This document shows positions 26,949-35,687 of a DNA stretch of 64,000 nucleotides, piece by piece. How positions within the stretch are numbered: the first letter of the stretch is position 1; each line of letters starts with the position of its first letter. Source of the DNA: an uncultured archaeon (GTDB lineage: Archaea > Aenigmatarchaeota > Aenigmatarchaeia > PWEA01 > JAGHBM01); assembly GCA_964584335.1 (NCBI GenBank), contig CAZOZN010000001.1, forward strand, positions 275,882 to 339,881. Direction: 5' to 3'. Made by a program: the position numbers and the translations under genes. The notes beneath the pieces are model-generated. The model was not told the origin of the DNA. It saw only the letters and a list, made by a program, of their open reading frames with translations, and did no database searches.

Positions 26949-28265
26949 TTATTCTTCGATAACTCTCTCCTTTTTTTGGTTGATTCTCTTAAATAAAATA
27001 CCCTTCTTCCATATGTAGAGACCTACTATTATCAATATAGATATTATTATTACCGTTATCACAGAATTATTTACTCTTTCTCTTACAACATCCAATTGTA
27101 TTGTTTCAGTCTCGGTATAAACCTCGCCATCATCCAAATACCTTATTTCCAAGTCTAGGAAATACTTCTTAAGTACTGCATCCTCATCTACTGTAAAATC
27201 AAAAACAACCTCTCCTGTTTGGTTTTCCTTGAGATTTCCTATAAAATCGTATACTTCCTCGAATTCAAAAGGCTGGGTGGATTCTCTAAAAACTTTTACG
27301 CTAACACTGTTAGCTTCTTCCTCTCCATCATTTTTTACCATTATTCTTATTTCTCCGGAATCTCCCTGTGAAAGACTCGAAGGATTTACGACTGTTTCTC
27401 CTCTTACGATGTAACCAGTGAAAGAATCAGATGAAGTTCCGGTTCCTGCCCTGACTTCTTCTACATTGAGAATTGGTGATTTTTTTACATTTATTTCCAA
27501 GTCAATTTCCTGGCTAACATATTCTTCCCATTGGTTATTGTCATACTTGTATCTTACCACCAGCTTCGCTTTGTGTATACCGGGCTCGGTTTCTTTATCC
27601 ACATCCATATAGAAAACCGCGCTTTTTGAGGAGTCTTTGCCAAAATTTCCCAGAGAATATGAATCAGAATAGCTGTCACTAGGCTCAAATCCTTCAGGCA
27701 AAATCAACTTAGTGCTTACCAAATCTGCATCTCCTTCTCCAACATTCTGTATTTCAACATCCATTTTTACCTCTTCCATCCCGGATTTTATATCTTCAGG
27801 AAAAGATTTTATTCTGCTTACGGCGAATTCTGGGTTTTTTGATTCTACGTCTACAGTTATTTTTTTCGTTACGTATGTATTATCTTCCAATCCATCTGTA
27901 TCGCAGATTAATTTAAGTTCATTTTCTCCCCTGACAGCATTAGAATCGATTCTTACCTTATATTCAAGAAGAAAATCTTCTCTGTAGCCTAACTTGCCTA
28001 TTTCCCTTACCGGGTCTTCGTTCGGATCAAGTGAGAAAGGGTATTCAGGATTTAACTTACAAACCACGTTTTCTGCATCTATTACTCCCTGATTTTCAAC
28101 TTTTAAGAAAAGCTTCATATATTTACCGGCTTCCGCAGGAAAGGGTTCGTATTTCATTTCTATTATTCTCAAGCTTGGTAAATTGGTATCCGCAACAGCA
28201 AAAGAATAAGAAAAAAAGCTGGTTATAAATAAAGAAATCATAAATACAAAAATATATTTTTTCAT
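26949..28265 (-). CDS. COG1361 S-layer-domain protein
   Basis: Signal peptide, three Ig-like repeats (V.N.G...A) and C-terminal TM; upstream of the RND pair as is typical. Confidence 0.8.
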   Translation of the reverse strand: MKKYIFVFMISLFITSFFSYSFAVADTNLPSLRIIEMKYEPFPAEAGKYMKLFLKVENQGVIDAENVVCKLNPEYPFSLDPNEDPVREIGKLGYREDFLLEYKVRIDSNAVRGENELKLICDTDGLEDNTYVTKKITVDVESKNPEFAVSRIKSFPEDIKSGMEEVKMDVEIQNVGEGDADLVSTKLILPEGFEPSDSYSDSYSLGNFGKDSSKSAVFYMDVDKETEPGIHKAKLVVRYKYDNNQWEEYVSQEIDLEINVKKSPILNVEEVRAGTGTSSDSFTGYIVRGETVVNPSSLSQGDSGEIRIMVKNDGEEEANSVSVKVFRESTQPFEFEEVYDFIGNLKENQTGEVVFDFTVDEDAVLKKYFLDLEIRYLDDGEVYTETETIQLDVVRERVNNSVITVIIISILIIVGLYIWKKGILFKRINQKKERVIEE

Positions 28266-28323
28266 TCTAACACCCTTGGTTATAATAATAAGATACCAAA
28301 AGGATTTAAGTTAGTTAGAGAAA

Positions 28324-29214
28324 TTATAAGAATCCTTCTTCTTTTAATATTTTCTTTGCCTTTAGAGCACTTTTCTCTTTGTCCTTTATCTCCATCATGA
28401 GGTCAAAATCTATTCCTTTTACTTTCCTGACAAATTCAACAAAATGTTTCCCGTCTATACTTTTTGAATGGCTTCCTCTTCTTCCGTTAGTCTGCTGACT
28501 GGAATAATCAACCATCATTTTCCCGTCTTTTTTATTCCAAGTTCCAGATGCTAATTTCATAGCCGAAGCCAATTTTTCATTATTGTTAAGACATTCATGA
28601 TGGAATGTATCGAAAACCACCGGTATTTTTATCTTTTTACTTACTTCAAGACAGTCTCTGAGGCTGTATATGTGATCGTCATTTTCTATCACAAGTCTTT
28701 TCTTGATTTTTTTGCTCAGTCTCTCGTAACGGTCGACAAATCTTTCCTTTGACCTTTTTTTATCACCGTACATGCCTCCCAAATGAATCTGTACCTTGGC
28801 TTTGCTGTCAAGAGACATAGCGTCCAAAAGACTGCAGTGATAATCTAATTCCTTTACACTCGATTTGTATACGCTTCTTCTTGGAGAATTCAATACAACA
28901 AACTGGTCTGGGTGCATGCTTATCCTGAACTTGTATTTTTTAATAAACTTGCCTATACTTCTTAGCTCCTGAGAAAAATGAGATTCCCAATTAAATTTAC
29001 ATATTTTATGAGATGCAAAAGGAACTATACCGGAACCTATCCTAAAGAAAAAAAATCCGTGCTGTTGGTTGTATACAAGAGTTTTTTCAAGACAACCGAG
29101 ATTTTCTCTTATTTTGTATTTTAACCTGTTCTCATTATAGGACCTTAACCTTAGAGTTCTGTTTGATGTACATCCTACAGTATTGTTTATACATGGATAT
29201 CCTAATTTCATCAA
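28324..29214 (-). CDS. uvsE: UV DNA damage endonuclease
   Basis: LGYPCIN, SMHPDQF, IENDD and FDTFHH. Confidence 0.92.
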   Translation of the reverse strand: MMKLGYPCINNTVGCTSNRTLRLRSYNENRLKYKIRENLGCLEKTLVYNQQHGFFFFRIGSGIVPFASHKICKFNWESHFSQELRSIGKFIKKYKFRISMHPDQFVVLNSPRRSVYKSSVKELDYHCSLLDAMSLDSKAKVQIHLGGMYGDKKRSKERFVDRYERLSKKIKKRLVIENDDHIYSLRDCLEVSKKIKIPVVFDTFHHECLNNNEKLASAMKLASGTWNKKDGKMMVDYSSQQTNGRRGSHSKSIDGKHFVEFVRKVKGIDFDLMMEIKDKEKSALKAKKILKEEGFL

Positions 29215-29220
29215 ATCTCC

Positions 29221-29580
29221 TCAAAATTCACATTCCTCACAATCCAAGCCGGGACAGTCAGAATGTCCTATTTTCCACTCTAATCCCCATCTCTTAACTT
29301 CTTTTATCACATTAAAAAAGTCTTCACCCTTCTCAGTTAATGTGTACTCTGATTTTACGGGAAACTTTTTAGCCTCTATCTTATTTTTTATTATGCCTTC
29401 TTTCTCAAGGCTTTTTAATCTAGCAGAAAGCATTTTAGGAGTTATATCAGGTATCTTCTTTTTTAACTCGGAATATCTTTTCCATTTGCTTTTCCCCTTG
29501 TATATCTCTGCTATTATTAAAACGGTCCATCTTTTCCCCATGTATTTCATTACCTCGTAAATAGGACAATCTCTTTTCAT
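29221..29580 (-). CDS. HxlR/DUF24 family redox-sensing regulator
   Basis: DCPI...GKRWTVLI...ITPKMLSARLKSLE...EYTLTEKG; Cys-rich C-terminal tail. Confidence 0.88.
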   Translation of the reverse strand: MKRDCPIYEVMKYMGKRWTVLIIAEIYKGKSKWKRYSELKKKIPDITPKMLSARLKSLEKEGIIKNKIEAKKFPVKSEYTLTEKGEDFFNVIKEVKRWGLEWKIGHSDCPGLDCEECEF

Positions 29581-29608
29581 ACTATACTTTTTGAAACTCT
29601 ATTATATA

Positions 29609-29643
29609 AATATAATTATGATACTAAGTATAATAAAGATACT
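29609..29643. promoter_or_regulatory. Tandem inverted-repeat candidate HxlR operator
   Basis: AATATAATTATGATACT (29609-29625) and AGTAT-N7-ATACT (29627-29643) between divergent hxlR and the peroxiredoxin gene. Confidence 0.5.
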
Positions 29644-29724
29644 AAAGGTGATAAAAATGTTTTTTTCAGGTAAAAACTTTTATAAGCAAGATAAACTTAT
29701 AATAGGATTACGGGGGGTGTTTTA

Positions 29725-30390
29725 ATGGAAGAAGAAAAAAATTCTATGCCTTTAATAGGTGACGATTTTCCCAAGATTACTGTTCATACCACTCACGGGA
29801 GAATAAATTTACCCGATGATTACAAAGGCAAGTGGTTCGTTTTGTTCAGTCATCCTGGTGATTTTACGCCTGTATGCACTACTGAATTCGTGGCTTTTCA
29901 GAAAAGATTTGACAAGTTCAAAAAGCTAAACACAGAACTGATAGGTCTTAGCATAGACCAGGTTCACAGCCACATGAAATGGACCGAATGGATAGAAGAA
30001 AAGATGGATGTAAAAATAAAGTTTCCCATAATAGCAGATGCTATGGGTAACTTAGCAAAAAAACTTGGCATGATAAGCCCATTTAAGGGTTCTAATACTG
30101 TCAGGGCAGTTTTTGTAGTAGACTCTAACGGCAAGTTTCGTGCCATATTGTATTATCCCCAGGAACTGGGAAGAAACATGGATGAAGTGCTAAGGATAGT
30201 ACAGGCAATGCAAATTTCAGACGAAAATAAAGTTGCAATGCCGGCAAACTGGCCCAAAAATGAAATATTGGGCGACGAGGTAATAGTACCGCCTGCTTCT
30301 GATGAGGAAACCGCTAAAAAGAGGATGGAAGAAGACAAGAAAGGAAGTATAAAATGTTTTGATTGGTGGTTGTGCCACAAAAAACTTTAA
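29725..30390 (+). CDS. Peroxiredoxin (archaeal Prx6-type)
   Basis: FTPVCTTE; C-terminal CFDWWLC. Confidence 0.93.
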   Translation: MEEEKNSMPLIGDDFPKITVHTTHGRINLPDDYKGKWFVLFSHPGDFTPVCTTEFVAFQKRFDKFKKLNTELIGLSIDQVHSHMKWTEWIEEKMDVKIKFPIIADAMGNLAKKLGMISPFKGSNTVRAVFVVDSNGKFRAILYYPQELGRNMDEVLRIVQAMQISDENKVAMPANWPKNEILGDEVIVPPASDEETAKKRMEEDKKGSIKCFDWWLCHKKL

Positions 30391-30408
30391 AATTAAGGGG
30401 TGAAAAAA

Positions 30409-30696
30409 ATGCTTTCAAAGATACCTATAGACTTGAAAAACATAAAAAAAGAGGACTTAGACAAGGAAATACTAAGAGCCGGTATAATAGCAGAATATGA
30501 TGCTATAAACCTCTACGAGCAGATGGCAGCTCTTGCACAGGACGAAAACATAAAAAAAGTTATGTTGGATGTCGCCAAGGAAGAAAAGGAGCATGTAGGT
30601 GAATTTCAGACACTTCTCCTAAAAAGAGATAAAGAGCTTGGAGAAGAAATGGAAGAAGGAAAAGAAGAGGTAGAAGAATTAACAGGAGGTGAATAA
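30409..30696 (+). CDS. Ferritin-like protein (encapsulin-cargo Flp type)
   Basis: [11 protein letters not shown]...EEKEHVGEF di-iron motifs. Confidence 0.8.
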   Translation: MLSKIPIDLKNIKKEDLDKEILRAGIIAEYDAINLYEQMAALAQDENIKKVMLDVAKEEKEHVGEFQTLLLKRDKELGEEMEEGKEEVEELTGGE

Positions 30697-31282
30697 TCTG
30701 GAGGAAACAATAAAAAATCTGACAAAAGCCTTTATAGGCGAAAGCCAGGCCAGAAACAGATACACAATATATTCAAAAATAGCGAAAAAAGAAGGATTTG
30801 AACAGATATCTGCAGTTTTTAACGAGACCGCGGAACAGGAAAGAGAGCATGCCAAATGGCTTTTTAGGATGATAAATGACTTAAAGAAAAAGAGCGATAA
30901 GGAATGGAATCCTGTGGAAGTTACTGCAGACTCTCCCAACACGTTTGGCTGCACATCAGAAAATCTTAAAGCAGCCATAGACGGCGAGAACTATGAGCAC
31001 ACTGAAATGTATCCCGAGTTTGCAGACACAGCTGAAAAAGAAGGTTTTCCAGAAATAGCTAAAAGACTTCGCTCAATAGCCAAAGCTGAAAGCCATCACG
31101 AGCAGAGATATGCAAAGCTTTTAAAGGAAGTAGAAAACGATACTGTTTTCAAGAAAGAGAAAAAAATCTATTGGGTATGTAGAAAATGTGGATATATACA
31201 CGAAGGAGAGGAACCGCCTGAAACTTGTCCTTCTTGCAGTCACCCAAAAGCATATTTCCAAAGACAGTGTGAAGAATACTAA
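30689..31282 (+). CDS. rbr: Rubrerythrin
   Basis: [21 protein letters not shown]-like site and C-terminal CRKC...CPSC; start uncertain (GTG 30689 or CTG 30698). Confidence 0.92.
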   Translation: MNNLEETIKNLTKAFIGESQARNRYTIYSKIAKKEGFEQISAVFNETAEQEREHAKWLFRMINDLKKKSDKEWNPVEVTADSPNTFGCTSENLKAAIDGENYEHTEMYPEFADTAEKEGFPEIAKRLRSIAKAESHHEQRYAKLLKEVENDTVFKKEKKIYWVCRKCGYIHEGEEPPETCPSCSHPKAYFQRQCEEY

Positions 31283-31319
31283 CTGGGGGATAAATTGAAA
31301 GACAGCAAACAAAAAATGC

Positions 31320-31351
31320 AGGTCGTTCTTGCGACCTCTTTTCTTTTTTTT
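31320..31351 (+). terminator. Hairpin plus T-tract terminator after rbr
   Basis: AGGTCG-TTCTTG-CGACCT followed by CTTTTCTTTTTTTT. Confidence 0.6.
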
Positions 31352-31390
31352 ATTATATTTATAATAATGATATTAGGAGGTTTTTTAGAC

Positions 31391-31852
31391 ATGAAGGGAA
31401 TAGTTACAATGGAAACCAATATGGGAACAATGAAGTTCCAATTGGAAATGGAGAAGGCACCGGTCACTAGCCAGAACTTCATAAAACTTGCAGAAGACGG
31501 TTTTTACGACGGACTAAAGTTCCACAGAGTTATAGAGGGTTTTATGATACAGGGAGGTTGTCCAAATGGTGATGGTACAGGAGGGCCTGGTTATTATATT
31601 GAGGACGAATTTCATGAAGAACTAAAACATGACAGTATAGGTATTTTGTCTATGGCCAACAGCGGACCCGACACCGGAGGCAGCCAGTTTTTCATAACTC
31701 TGGATAAGACACCGTGGCTTAACGGAAAACACGCAATATTTGGTCATATTATTGAAGGCAAAGATGTTTTAAAGAAAATAGGCTCAGTTGAAACTGACTC
31801 AACGGACAGACCCATGGAAGATGTTATAATAAAAAAAGTTACTGTTGTGTAA
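31391..31852 (+). CDS. Cyclophilin-type peptidyl-prolyl isomerase
   Basis: [29 protein letters not shown]; GGAGG upstream of ATG 31391. Confidence 0.93.
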   Translation: MKGIVTMETNMGTMKFQLEMEKAPVTSQNFIKLAEDGFYDGLKFHRVIEGFMIQGGCPNGDGTGGPGYYIEDEFHEELKHDSIGILSMANSGPDTGGSQFFITLDKTPWLNGKHAIFGHIIEGKDVLKKIGSVETDSTDRPMEDVIIKKVTVV

Positions 31853-31883
31853 CTGGTCAATATATTTTATGGAGGTGGAAAAA

Positions 31884-32261
31884 ATGACTGAATTAAGGCA
31901 AGTTTACAGATGCAACATATGCGGCAACATAGTGGAAGTGCTTCATGAGGGCATCGGAGAGCTAGTTTGCTGTGGCAAACCTATGGAATTGTTAAAACCA
32001 AAGAAAGAGGACCAAGGAAGTGAAAAGCATGTTCCTGTAATAGATAAATCAGAAGATGCAGTAAGGGTAAAGGTAGGTGAAGTTCCTCACCCAATGGAAG
32101 AAAATCATTTCATAGAATGGATAGAAATTATAGCCGATGGAAAGGTTTATAGAGAGAGATTAGAACCTGGAGAAGAGCCTGATGCTGTGTTTTACCTAAA
32201 GGCCGAAAACGTCAGAGCCAGAATTTATTGTAACGTGCATGGTTTTTGGGAATCCAAGTAA
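31884..32261 (+). CDS. dfx: Desulfoferrodoxin (2Fe superoxide reductase)
   Basis: CNICGN...CCG, EKHVP, HPM...HFIEWI and CNVHG. Confidence 0.93.
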   Translation: MTELRQVYRCNICGNIVEVLHEGIGELVCCGKPMELLKPKKEDQGSEKHVPVIDKSEDAVRVKVGEVPHPMEENHFIEWIEIIADGKVYRERLEPGEEPDAVFYLKAENVRARIYCNVHGFWESK

Positions 32262-32307
32262 GACAGAAAAGATTTATAGAATTAATTACATATTTATTCA
32301 GGTATGC

Positions 32308-32613
32308 ATGGTTCTGTTAGAAGTTATGCTAAATTTTTTTAGAAAGCGTTTTACAACGAAGTACCCAAAATCAGAACCCAAACTTCCAAAGAATTTCAGA
32401 GGACCTGTAAAGTGGAATAAAAAAACTTGTATATTTTGTGGTGCATGCGCGAGAAATTGTCCAGCCTATGCTATAAAAATAGATAAAGAAAAAAAGGAAT
32501 TGGTTGTGGACCCTTACAAATGCATATCCTGCGGTATCTGTCAGGAAAAATGTCCGACCAAACCAAAGTCTATCTACCTGACGGAAAAACTTCACGTAAG
32601 CAAATCTGAGTGA
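32308..32613 (+). CDS. mbhN: 2x[4Fe-4S] NuoI/MbhN-like subunit
   Basis: FTTKYP...FRG, then CIFCGACARNCP and CISCGICQEKCP. Confidence 0.75.
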   Translation: MVLLEVMLNFFRKRFTTKYPKSEPKLPKNFRGPVKWNKKTCIFCGACARNCPAYAIKIDKEKKELVVDPYKCISCGICQEKCPTKPKSIYLTEKLHVSKSE

Positions 32614-33068
32614 TTCAAATGTTACATGAGAAATCGGCAGGAGCTGTTATTTTCAAGAAGGAAAACAATAAAATTAATTATCTTTTCTTGGAATACGAAC
32701 ACAAATCAGAGTACCTGGGTTTTCCCAGAGGAGGTATAGAGGATGGGGAAAGTGAAAAACAGGCTGCAGAAAGAGAAGTAAAAGAAGAGACGGGATTGGA
32801 TGTGGAATTTATAGACGGATTCAAGGAAACTGTGCACTGGTTTTACAGAAGAGACGGGGAAACAGTTAGCAAGAGGTTGGTTCTTTTTCTTGCCGAAGCA
32901 AAATCCGATAGGGTTCTAATATCAAGTGAGCATGTGGGTTACAAATGGATGACTTTCGAGAAGGCTATAGATGCATTAAGTTTTGAAAACTCAAGAAAAG
33001 TACTTAGAAAGGCACAGGATTTTCTTTTCAATATAGAAAGAAATAGCTTGAGAAGGTTTTCAAAATGA
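32610..33068 (+). CDS. NUDIX hydrolase (Ap4A hydrolase-like)
   Basis: SAGAV; GGIEDGESEKQAAEREVKEETG Nudix box; SSEHVGYKW. Confidence 0.88.
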   Translation: MIQMLHEKSAGAVIFKKENNKINYLFLEYEHKSEYLGFPRGGIEDGESEKQAAEREVKEETGLDVEFIDGFKETVHWFYRRDGETVSKRLVLFLAEAKSDRVLISSEHVGYKWMTFEKAIDALSFENSRKVLRKAQDFLFNIERNSLRRFSK

Positions 33069-33511
33069 ATTTAATAAAAGATTTCGTAAGAGACTTGACT
33101 TCTCTGGGAAGCCTTCCTATAATATTAATCATTATAACAGGCTTTTACTTAATCGGTAGGAACCACTTGGCAAAAGGATTGATTATCTCTATCCTGGTAT
33201 CGCAATTTTTGATTTATATTATAAGAATAGTTTATTTTAGGCCAAGGCCGGGGAATAAAAAAAGGAAATATAAAAATATTTACGAGAGGCTTGATGAGTC
33301 CTCTTTTCCCAGTATACATGCGTCAAGAGCAGGCATAATACCTATGATAATTTCACAGAACCTTGGAACTTATCCAACATATTTCTTATGGGTATTGGGA
33401 CTTGGCATATGTTTTTCCAGGCTGTACCTTAAAAGGCACCACCCCACAGATGTATTTGTTGGTTTTATTCTAGGTGTTTGTATTTCTTACATAATTTTAA
33501 CGGTGATATAG
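33065..33511 (+). CDS. PAP2 family phosphatase
   Basis: RPRP, SFPSIH and SRLYLKRHHPTDV. Confidence 0.88.
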   Translation: MNLIKDFVRDLTSLGSLPIILIIITGFYLIGRNHLAKGLIISILVSQFLIYIIRIVYFRPRPGNKKRKYKNIYERLDESSFPSIHASRAGIIPMIISQNLGTYPTYFLWVLGLGICFSRLYLKRHHPTDVFVGFILGVCISYIILTVI

Positions 33512-33886
33512 ATGCCCATATTTGTTGTTCAAAAACATTATTCAAGAAGATTACACTACGATTTTAGGCTAGAGATGAACGGTGTTCTGAAAAGCTGGGC
33601 AGTTCCCAAAGGAGTTCCGACAAAAGAAGGAGTAAAAAGACTTGCAGTAATGGTCGATGACCATGACATAGAATATGCCGATTTTGAGGGTGAAATAAAG
33701 GAGGGTTACGGTAAAGGAAAAGTCGAGATTTGGGATAAAGGAACTTATGAAACAGAGAGCAACAAACAAAACAAAATAGTATTCACATTAAAAGGTAAAA
33801 AATTGAAAGGAAGATACACTATATTAAAATTTGAAAAGGCAGGAGAAAACAACTGGCTCCTTTTCAAATCCAGAGAAAAGAATTAG
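33512..33886 (+). CDS. Stand-alone LigD-type 3'-phosphoesterase
   Basis: FVVQKH...HYDFRLE...SWAVPKG...RLAV..DDH...GYGKG.V.IWD. Confidence 0.9.
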   Translation: MPIFVVQKHYSRRLHYDFRLEMNGVLKSWAVPKGVPTKEGVKRLAVMVDDHDIEYADFEGEIKEGYGKGKVEIWDKGTYETESNKQNKIVFTLKGKKLKGRYTILKFEKAGENNWLLFKSREKN

Positions 33887-34239
33887 TATTTTAAATCAAC
33901 TCCACCTGCTCTGGTGTTTGCATGCTTGCCTTTGGTTTTCTCAACGGGGAATCTTTTTTCATACTCCTTCATTACCTTTTTTATAGCATCTTCGGAATCT
34001 ATATCGCAAAGATAAGCTATTTTCATTATTATGTATATTACATCACCAACGAAATCTTCAGCTTCTTCCTTATTTTCTTTTATCAGTTCCATTTGTTTAT
34101 CCTCAGGAATCCACTTTATTATATTCCAAAATTCTCCTATCTCTTCGTTAATATTGAGAAGCAAATCCTTTATAGAGCGCGGCTTGCTCCAGTCCCTCTC
34201 ATCATTGAATTTCTTTATATTTTCTTGAATTTTCTTCAA
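33883..34239 (-). CDS. MazG-like nucleotide pyrophosphohydrolase
   Basis: FNDERDW, EEIGE...EDFVGDV and KRFP. Confidence 0.75.
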   Translation of the reverse strand: MKKIQENIKKFNDERDWSKPRSIKDLLLNINEEIGEFWNIIKWIPEDKQMELIKENKEEAEDFVGDVIYIIMKIAYLCDIDSEDAIKKVMKEYEKRFPVEKTKGKHANTRAGGVDLKY

Positions 34240-34243
34240 AAAA

Positions 34244-34669
34244 TCACACCTCCATTATATCTAAAATTTTTCTAACCGCCTTTTCCGAAGCATCCAAGAT
34301 ATGCCTGGTAGGCTTATCACCAAAAGATATGTTCTTCGGCTGAACAGCCAGAAAATAAACTTCACTTGCACCCAAACTATCTATTATTACAGAAAGAGGC
34401 ATCTTGTGCGTGCTTGTAGCATTTCTTGATATGTCACTCGTTTCAATCATTTCTATCACACCTGCTTCTTTGCCCAAAAAAGCAGTATCGATAACAAAAA
34501 GCTTGCTAATTTTATTCTTGATTTTACCTACGAAGTTTTCCGGATTGCTTCCTGACCAGAAAACTATATTTTTTTTATCCGGTATTTTATCCTTTAATTT
34601 CTTGACAACAATAGGACCGAAAGCATCATCACCCATCATCTCATTTCCAATTCCCATTACAAGCATCAT
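34244..34669 (-). CDS. hycI: Hydrogenase maturation protease (HycI-like)
   Basis: GIGNEMMGDDAFG, PEN, IDTA and STHKMP. Confidence 0.88.
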   Translation of the reverse strand: MMLVMGIGNEMMGDDAFGPIVVKKLKDKIPDKKNIVFWSGSNPENFVGKIKNKISKLFVIDTAFLGKEAGVIEMIETSDISRNATSTHKMPLSVIIDSLGASEVYFLAVQPKNISFGDKPTRHILDASEKAVRKILDIMEV

Positions 34670-34699
34670 GTATTTAAATTATCTTGGTAAAATAAAAAC

Positions 34700-34861
34700 A
34701 TGAACGTGGAAGAAGGTACTCTTTGTGAAGTTTGCGGTAATAAAGGAAAAGTAAAGATAGGCAGAAAGAGGGTTAAGGAAGTTAAGCTGGATCCAAACTG
34801 TGATTATGAAGAAGGTGATACAGTCAAAATACTAATGGGTCTTGTTCTTCATAAAGTCTGA
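34700..34861 (+). CDS. HypC-like OB-fold microprotein (53 aa, not in ORF track)
   Basis: MNVEEGTLCEVCGNKGKVKIGRKRVKEVKLDPNCDYEEGDTVKILMGLVLHKV; matches the HypC beta pattern (GDxV...G) but lacks Cys2. Confidence 0.6.
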   Translation: MNVEEGTLCEVCGNKGKVKIGRKRVKEVKLDPNCDYEEGDTVKILMGLVLHKV

Positions 34862-34905
34862 CATTTGTCGGCTTTGATGCTTTTTGATTTTTAAGGTGAC
34901 TGCAA

Positions 34906-35307
34906 ATGAGTATAAACAAGAAATTATTAAGATATTCTTACCCCTGCGCAGAAATATTGTACAAGACAGGTAAACTAGAAAAGGATGAACTGGAACTGTA
35001 CAGGGATGCTATAAAGGGAGGTAAGGAATTTCCCGTTGAAAAATATAAAGATAAATTCAGCAAGGTCTCGGAGTTTATTGACCCGGAAAATACAAGCGAT
35101 GATAAAGTTGTCGAATATTTCTTTGGAAAACACAACAGAGAAAAGCACGAATTTTGTCACGTTGTAAAAAGTAAAGTAGCCAAGGAAGAAGGTGAAAATG
35201 TTTTTCTGAGCTCAATTGAAGAGCCCGTAGAATACATTACTGAAAAACCAAAGAAAGGTGATGTTGTTGTTCTCCATTTGGGTAAAATAGTAGATATAAT
35301 TAAATAA
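34906..35307 (+). CDS. DUF6390-like protein with HypC-like C-terminus
   Basis: RYSYPC near the N-terminus; C-terminal KKGDVVVLHLGKIVDII; next to hycI and the HypC-like gene. Confidence 0.55.
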   Translation: MSINKKLLRYSYPCAEILYKTGKLEKDELELYRDAIKGGKEFPVEKYKDKFSKVSEFIDPENTSDDKVVEYFFGKHNREKHEFCHVVKSKVAKEEGENVFLSSIEEPVEYITEKPKKGDVVVLHLGKIVDIIK

Positions 35308-35371
35308 TCGACAAAAACCGATATAATCTTTAAATAGTGATAATTGGCATCTTTCTATTTAGGTGAAAAAA

Positions 35372-35647
35372 ATGGTAGTAGAATCTATGCTATACTTAGG
35401 GATAGCATGTATGTTAGTTCCAGTGTTTGCGGAATATGCAAAAATAAGAAAAAACGCAGAAAAAGCATTCAACTGGATAGCTGTTGCAGGAGTTTCTTTT
35501 ATACTCTCAGCGGCTTTTGGGATAGCTTTATGGACAACATATATACCGCAACTAGCAACCTACGGAGCAATGGTATTTCAATTTGTTGGTTGGATTTTTG
35601 TTCTAGTCGGTGCACTATTGGCCATAACAACCATGATTAAGAAATAA
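35372..35647 (+). CDS. Small membrane protein (3 TM)
   Basis: AGGTGA SD before ATG 35372; T-rich tract after the stop. Confidence 0.7.
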   Translation: MVVESMLYLGIACMLVPVFAEYAKIRKNAEKAFNWIAVAGVSFILSAAFGIALWTTYIPQLATYGAMVFQFVGWIFVLVGALLAITTMIKK

Positions 35648-35687
35648 AATCCCAATTCTTTTTTATTTTATAAGATAAATAATAATT

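Noticed and set aside
24637-28265. Half-size RND pair plus COG1361 protein as a novel system
   Set aside because: This arrangement is common in archaea
31283-31351. Hairpin after rbr as a possible SECIS element
   Set aside because: No in-frame TGA in the nearby redox or hydrogenase genes; the hairpin plus T-tract fits a terminator
31295-31390. Apparent N-terminal TM extension of the cyclophilin in the ORF track
   Set aside because: It spans the terminator T-tract; GGAGG supports ATG 31391 as the start
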